A DNA stretch of 64,000 bases from Methanothrix sp. GTDB taxonomy: Archaea > Halobacteriota > Methanosarcinia > Methanotrichales > Methanotrichaceae. Shown here piece after piece: positions 60,652 through 64,000 of this stretch. A model generated the notes under the pieces. That model saw nothing but the letters and a program-made list of their open reading frames with translations, did not search any database and was not told the DNA's origin. Both the position numbers and the translations under genes were made by a program. Numbering within the stretch: the first letter of the stretch is position 1; every line of letters starts with the position of its first letter. The DNA is taken from positions 1,632,001 to 1,696,000 of the forward strand of contig OY821645.1 in NCBI GenBank assembly GCA_963682135.1, read 5' to 3'.

Positions 60652-61206
60652 ATGGAGACAGAGATTCCAGTGCGAGATATCATGACCAGGCCAGTGATCA
60701 CAGCTGATGCCGAGCTGGACATTTTAAGCGCCGCCAAGAAGATGAGCTCGGCCAACGTGGGCAGTTTGATCATAGTGTCCGGCAACAAGCCCACCGGTAT
60801 TCTGACGGAAAGGGATCTGGTAAAGAAGGTCTTAGCCCAGGGAACAGATCCCAGAAGTTTAAAGGTGGCAGAGATCATGAGCTCTCCCGTAGTCTCCATC
60901 GAACCTGATGCCAGCCTGCGCGAAGCTGCTGCCTTGATGCTTCGCTCCGGTGTAAAGCGACTGCCAGTGATCTTCCAGGGAAAGCTCGTGGGTATAATTA
61001 CAGATACGGATCTTGTCTCTGGTTCCTCCCTCGGTTTGAACGAGATCTTAAGCGATCTTTTGGAAATGCACAAAGAGAGCATCCATTTTGATCAGCCCCG
61101 AGGTGTAGTACGCGGAATCTGTGAGGTTTGCAGCCAGCTCTCCGACAATCTGGAGAGCGTGGATGGAGAGTTGCTCTGCTGGAGTTGCAGGGACGGAAAA
61201 AGGTAA
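60652..61206 (+). CDS. CBS-domain protein with C-terminal Zn ribbon
   Basis: Two CBS domains; GICEVC...LCWSC. Confidence 0.9.
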   Translation: METEIPVRDIMTRPVITADAELDILSAAKKMSSANVGSLIIVSGNKPTGILTERDLVKKVLAQGTDPRSLKVAEIMSSPVVSIEPDASLREAAALMLRSGVKRLPVIFQGKLVGIITDTDLVSGSSLGLNEILSDLLEMHKESIHFDQPRGVVRGICEVCSQLSDNLESVDGELLCWSCRDGKR

Positions 61207-61242
61207 GAAATACCATTATTGCTGAACCGCAGGGGAGTAATA

Positions 61243-62019
61243 ATGTTAGTAGAAGATATTTTGTCTAGAGATCCTCTATACGTCGAGGATTCCACTTTTC
61301 TGACTAAGGCACGTCAGATAATCCGAGACAACCATGTGCGCGCACTGCCGGTTGTGAATAGCAAAGGCATAGTCCTGGGAATTGTAACCAACCAGGACAT
61401 GCTGCGCGTGACCTCGACCAAGTCCAATGTGACTGTATCAGGCTATGTGCTAAAGGTTCCTACTGTAACAAGGCAGATGGATATCTTTGATGCCGCCCGG
61501 CTCATGCTCAAAGAGAAGATAACTCTGCTTCCTGTTGTCGAGTCAGAGGAGAAGCCCGCGCTAAAGGGGGTTGTCAGCCTCTTGGACGTGTTTAAGAATA
61601 TCGATTTAGATAAGGTGCCGGATAAGCCGGTATCAGGGATTATGACCAGCAAAGTTGTAACCACCCGCCCCGATGATCACGTAACCAAGATCTGGGATCT
61701 GATGATCGAGAAAGACTTCACAGGTCTTCCGGTGGTCAAGGACGGCAAGCTCATAGGAATGATCACCAGATTTGATCTGCTGAAAGGAACGGCCAGGATC
61801 GGCAAGGAGAGTGAGAGAAGACCGGCGGACTCGATGCAGGTGCCTGTAGAGAAATTTATGAGTTCGCCTTTGTTTAGCGTAAAGCCGGAAGATAGTGTGA
61901 GAGCTGCCATTCAGCTGATGCTCAAACACGACGTGGGCCGAATGTCTGTAGTGGACGAAGGAAAGCTCGTGGGAATTGTGGATAGAAACGATCTGATCAA
62001 AAGCTACCTTGGTGAATAG
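61243..62019 (+). CDS. CBS-domain protein (4 CBS)
   Basis: Repeated LPVV...GIVT..D motifs. Confidence 0.9.
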   Translation: MLVEDILSRDPLYVEDSTFLTKARQIIRDNHVRALPVVNSKGIVLGIVTNQDMLRVTSTKSNVTVSGYVLKVPTVTRQMDIFDAARLMLKEKITLLPVVESEEKPALKGVVSLLDVFKNIDLDKVPDKPVSGIMTSKVVTTRPDDHVTKIWDLMIEKDFTGLPVVKDGKLIGMITRFDLLKGTARIGKESERRPADSMQVPVEKFMSSPLFSVKPEDSVRAAIQLMLKHDVGRMSVVDEGKLVGIVDRNDLIKSYLGE

Positions 62020-62021
62020 AG

Positions 62022-62999
62022 ATGAGCAAAGGGCCAACAACGGGAAAAGAAGTAACAAGGATTCCGCAAAAGAACGATCGCATGCCTGTAGCCCCTGGAT
62101 CGGGTGATCGAGGACCTTTACAATTCGACTCCCGGCTCGCCAAACGGGCGAGCGATGTGGTGGGTGTAGCCTCGCCTGATGTTGTCACCGTTCCGCCCAC
62201 TACTACCATCATGAGCGCCATAAAGACCATGACCTTCTATGGCTTCTCCCGGCTTCCCATCGCGGATCCGGGTACTAAGAGGCTGATTGGCTTTGTGACC
62301 TCAGTGGATGTGGTGGACTTTCTGGGCGGGGGACTGCGGCACAATCTCTTGCGAGAGAAATATGGTGGAAACATCTTCACCGCCATAAATGCCGATATCA
62401 CTGAGATCATGAGCACGCGCCTCACCTACGCCAGCGACAAAGCCTCTTTAAATGACGTTTTGAAGCTGATGTATGAGAAGAACGTGGGCGGCCTTCCCAT
62501 TTGCGATGAGGATATTCGCATCAAGGCCATAATTACCGAAGAGGACTTTGTACGCTTTTGCCGAGGCCTGGAGACCGGCCTTGCCGTAGAAGCCTTCATG
62601 AGCCCCCATGTGGTGACGGCACCGGCTCAAACCACCATAGAGAAGATGACCAGGATGATCATCCAAAAGGGATTCCGTCGCATGCCGGTAGTACAGGATG
62701 GAGTTCTCATGGGCATGGTCACGGCATCGGATATAATGAAATATATGGGTAGTGGAGATGCTTTTGAAAAGGTGGTTACCGGAGACATCGGGGAAGTAAT
62801 GAATCAGCCCATCAAGATCCTGATCAAGAGAGGCCTGCTTGCTACGGAGATGAAAGCTGACCTGGGCCACGCGGCCAGGAAGATGATGGACAATGAGATC
62901 GGATCTTTGCCTGTTATGGACAAGGGATCATTGGTAGGCATTCTAACAGAAAGAGACTACGTGAGGGCATTAGCCGAGAACAGAGGAATTCTAGCATGA
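62022..62999 (+). CDS. CBS-domain protein (4 CBS)
   Basis: RLPIADPGTKRL.G.VTS.D, GFRRMPVV, GILTERD. Confidence 0.9.
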   Translation: MSKGPTTGKEVTRIPQKNDRMPVAPGSGDRGPLQFDSRLAKRASDVVGVASPDVVTVPPTTTIMSAIKTMTFYGFSRLPIADPGTKRLIGFVTSVDVVDFLGGGLRHNLLREKYGGNIFTAINADITEIMSTRLTYASDKASLNDVLKLMYEKNVGGLPICDEDIRIKAIITEEDFVRFCRGLETGLAVEAFMSPHVVTAPAQTTIEKMTRMIIQKGFRRMPVVQDGVLMGMVTASDIMKYMGSGDAFEKVVTGDIGEVMNQPIKILIKRGLLATEMKADLGHAARKMMDNEIGSLPVMDKGSLVGILTERDYVRALAENRGILA

Positions 63000-63856
63000 T
63001 AATAAAGAAAGTCAGAGATTACATGAGTGCTCCCATTTACGTCATTGAGCGAAATGAGAACATTCAAAGAGCCAGGAATCTGATGTTCAAGTACTCCATT
63101 GGCAGATTGCCTGTTATGGACGAAGGCAAGCTAGCGGGCATCGTCACCAAGTATGACATTACCAACCGACTCAATCAGGCAGCTCCGGAGTGGCGCAGAA
63201 GGCCTATCGACAAAGTACCCATCCATGTGGTAATGACTGAGAAGCCCCTCACCATATTCCCAGATGCCACCATGCCCCAGGCGGCAGAACTTCTCATAGA
63301 AAACGGAATCTCCGGCTTACCGGTTGAACGCGATGGAGAGATTGTGGGCATGATCACATCTCGGGATATAATGAAGTACTTCTCAGAGCAGGATCTCAAA
63401 GCGACGGTAGGAGACATGATGAGCAAGAATATCCTTCGTGTACACCGCCACCATACCATCGGCCACGTCCTGGAAGAGATGAATGTGCAGGGCCAGAGCC
63501 GAGCCCTGGTCTATGAAGACAACACTACTCCCGTGGGCATTGTGACCCGTTCCGGTCTTACCTTTTCCGAGCTAATGGGTCCTAAAGATGAGATGGAGAC
63601 CAAGAACATCAAGATGACCCGAAAGGATAGTACCGCCGGCAGAAAGCAGTATCGCTACGTAAAGCAGATGCCTTTTGTAGCAGAGGACATCATGACGGCG
63701 CCCATTTTTACTATCGGCTCGGATATGAAGGCCGTACAAGCGAGCCAGACCCTGGTGGAAAAGAACATTATTGGCATGCCGGTGATGGACCAGAATGAAG
63801 TGGTTGGCTACTTCTCTGCCGATGAGATCATCGCAGAGGTTGGGAGGTGGAAGTAA
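62996..63856 (+). CDS. CBS-domain protein (4 CBS)
   Basis: ARNLM, PEWRRRPID, ISGLPV; ATGA overlap with the previous gene. Confidence 0.9.
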   Translation: MIIKKVRDYMSAPIYVIERNENIQRARNLMFKYSIGRLPVMDEGKLAGIVTKYDITNRLNQAAPEWRRRPIDKVPIHVVMTEKPLTIFPDATMPQAAELLIENGISGLPVERDGEIVGMITSRDIMKYFSEQDLKATVGDMMSKNILRVHRHHTIGHVLEEMNVQGQSRALVYEDNTTPVGIVTRSGLTFSELMGPKDEMETKNIKMTRKDSTAGRKQYRYVKQMPFVAEDIMTAPIFTIGSDMKAVQASQTLVEKNIIGMPVMDQNEVVGYFSADEIIAEVGRWK

Positions 63857-64000
63857 TGCAGGTAAAGGACATCATGAGCAAGCCGGTTACCATCGACAAA
63901 TCAGAGAGACTGGGCCATGCTCTGGATCAGATGGAGAAGAATGATCTTAGAAGGCTTTTGGTCACCAACAGGGACAAGTTGGGTGGCATAATCACCATGA
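63856..64000 (+). CDS. CBS-domain protein, partial (runs off the window end)
   Basis: MQVKDIMSKPVTIDKSERLGHALDQMEKNDLRRLLV...; TAATG overlap with the previous gene. Confidence 0.85.
   Translation, partial: MQVKDIMSKPVTIDKSERLGHALDQMEKNDLRRLLVTNRDKLGGIITM

Overview
64 kb of archaeal chromosome from a methanogen. Gene content and protein families point to Methanosarcinales/Methanotrichales, most likely Methanothrix (Methanosaeta); this is inferred, not searched. The left ~4.7 kb looks like the edge of a decaying island: a DUF5677-like ORF, an AlbA_2/HATPase_c_4 protein and a tyrosine integrase broken by three lesions. The rest is mostly housekeeping: gatCAB, thiC, ftsZ, tRNA-Gly(GCC), trxB, RaSEA, nikR, fibrillarin, signal peptidase I, PolD small subunit, hisS, tbp, purN, alba, bud32, moaB and a five-gene CBS cluster. 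Accessory elements include an hcp/HxlR redox module, a MacB-type ABC exporter operon, a decayed two-component locus, an intact IS1634 (24-bp inverted repeats, TTTATG target duplication), a stand-alone TnpB element, an orphan Cas4 fragment and several secreted proteins. The most striking feature is a tandemly duplicated two-gene cassette at ~50.5-53.1 kb. It encodes small secreted proteins made of N/Q-capped beta-arch-like repeats with a CxxC linker, each paired with a partner that carries one copy of the same repeat. It is a candidate curli/Fap-like archaeal fibre system and appears to start on ATT/ATC codons.
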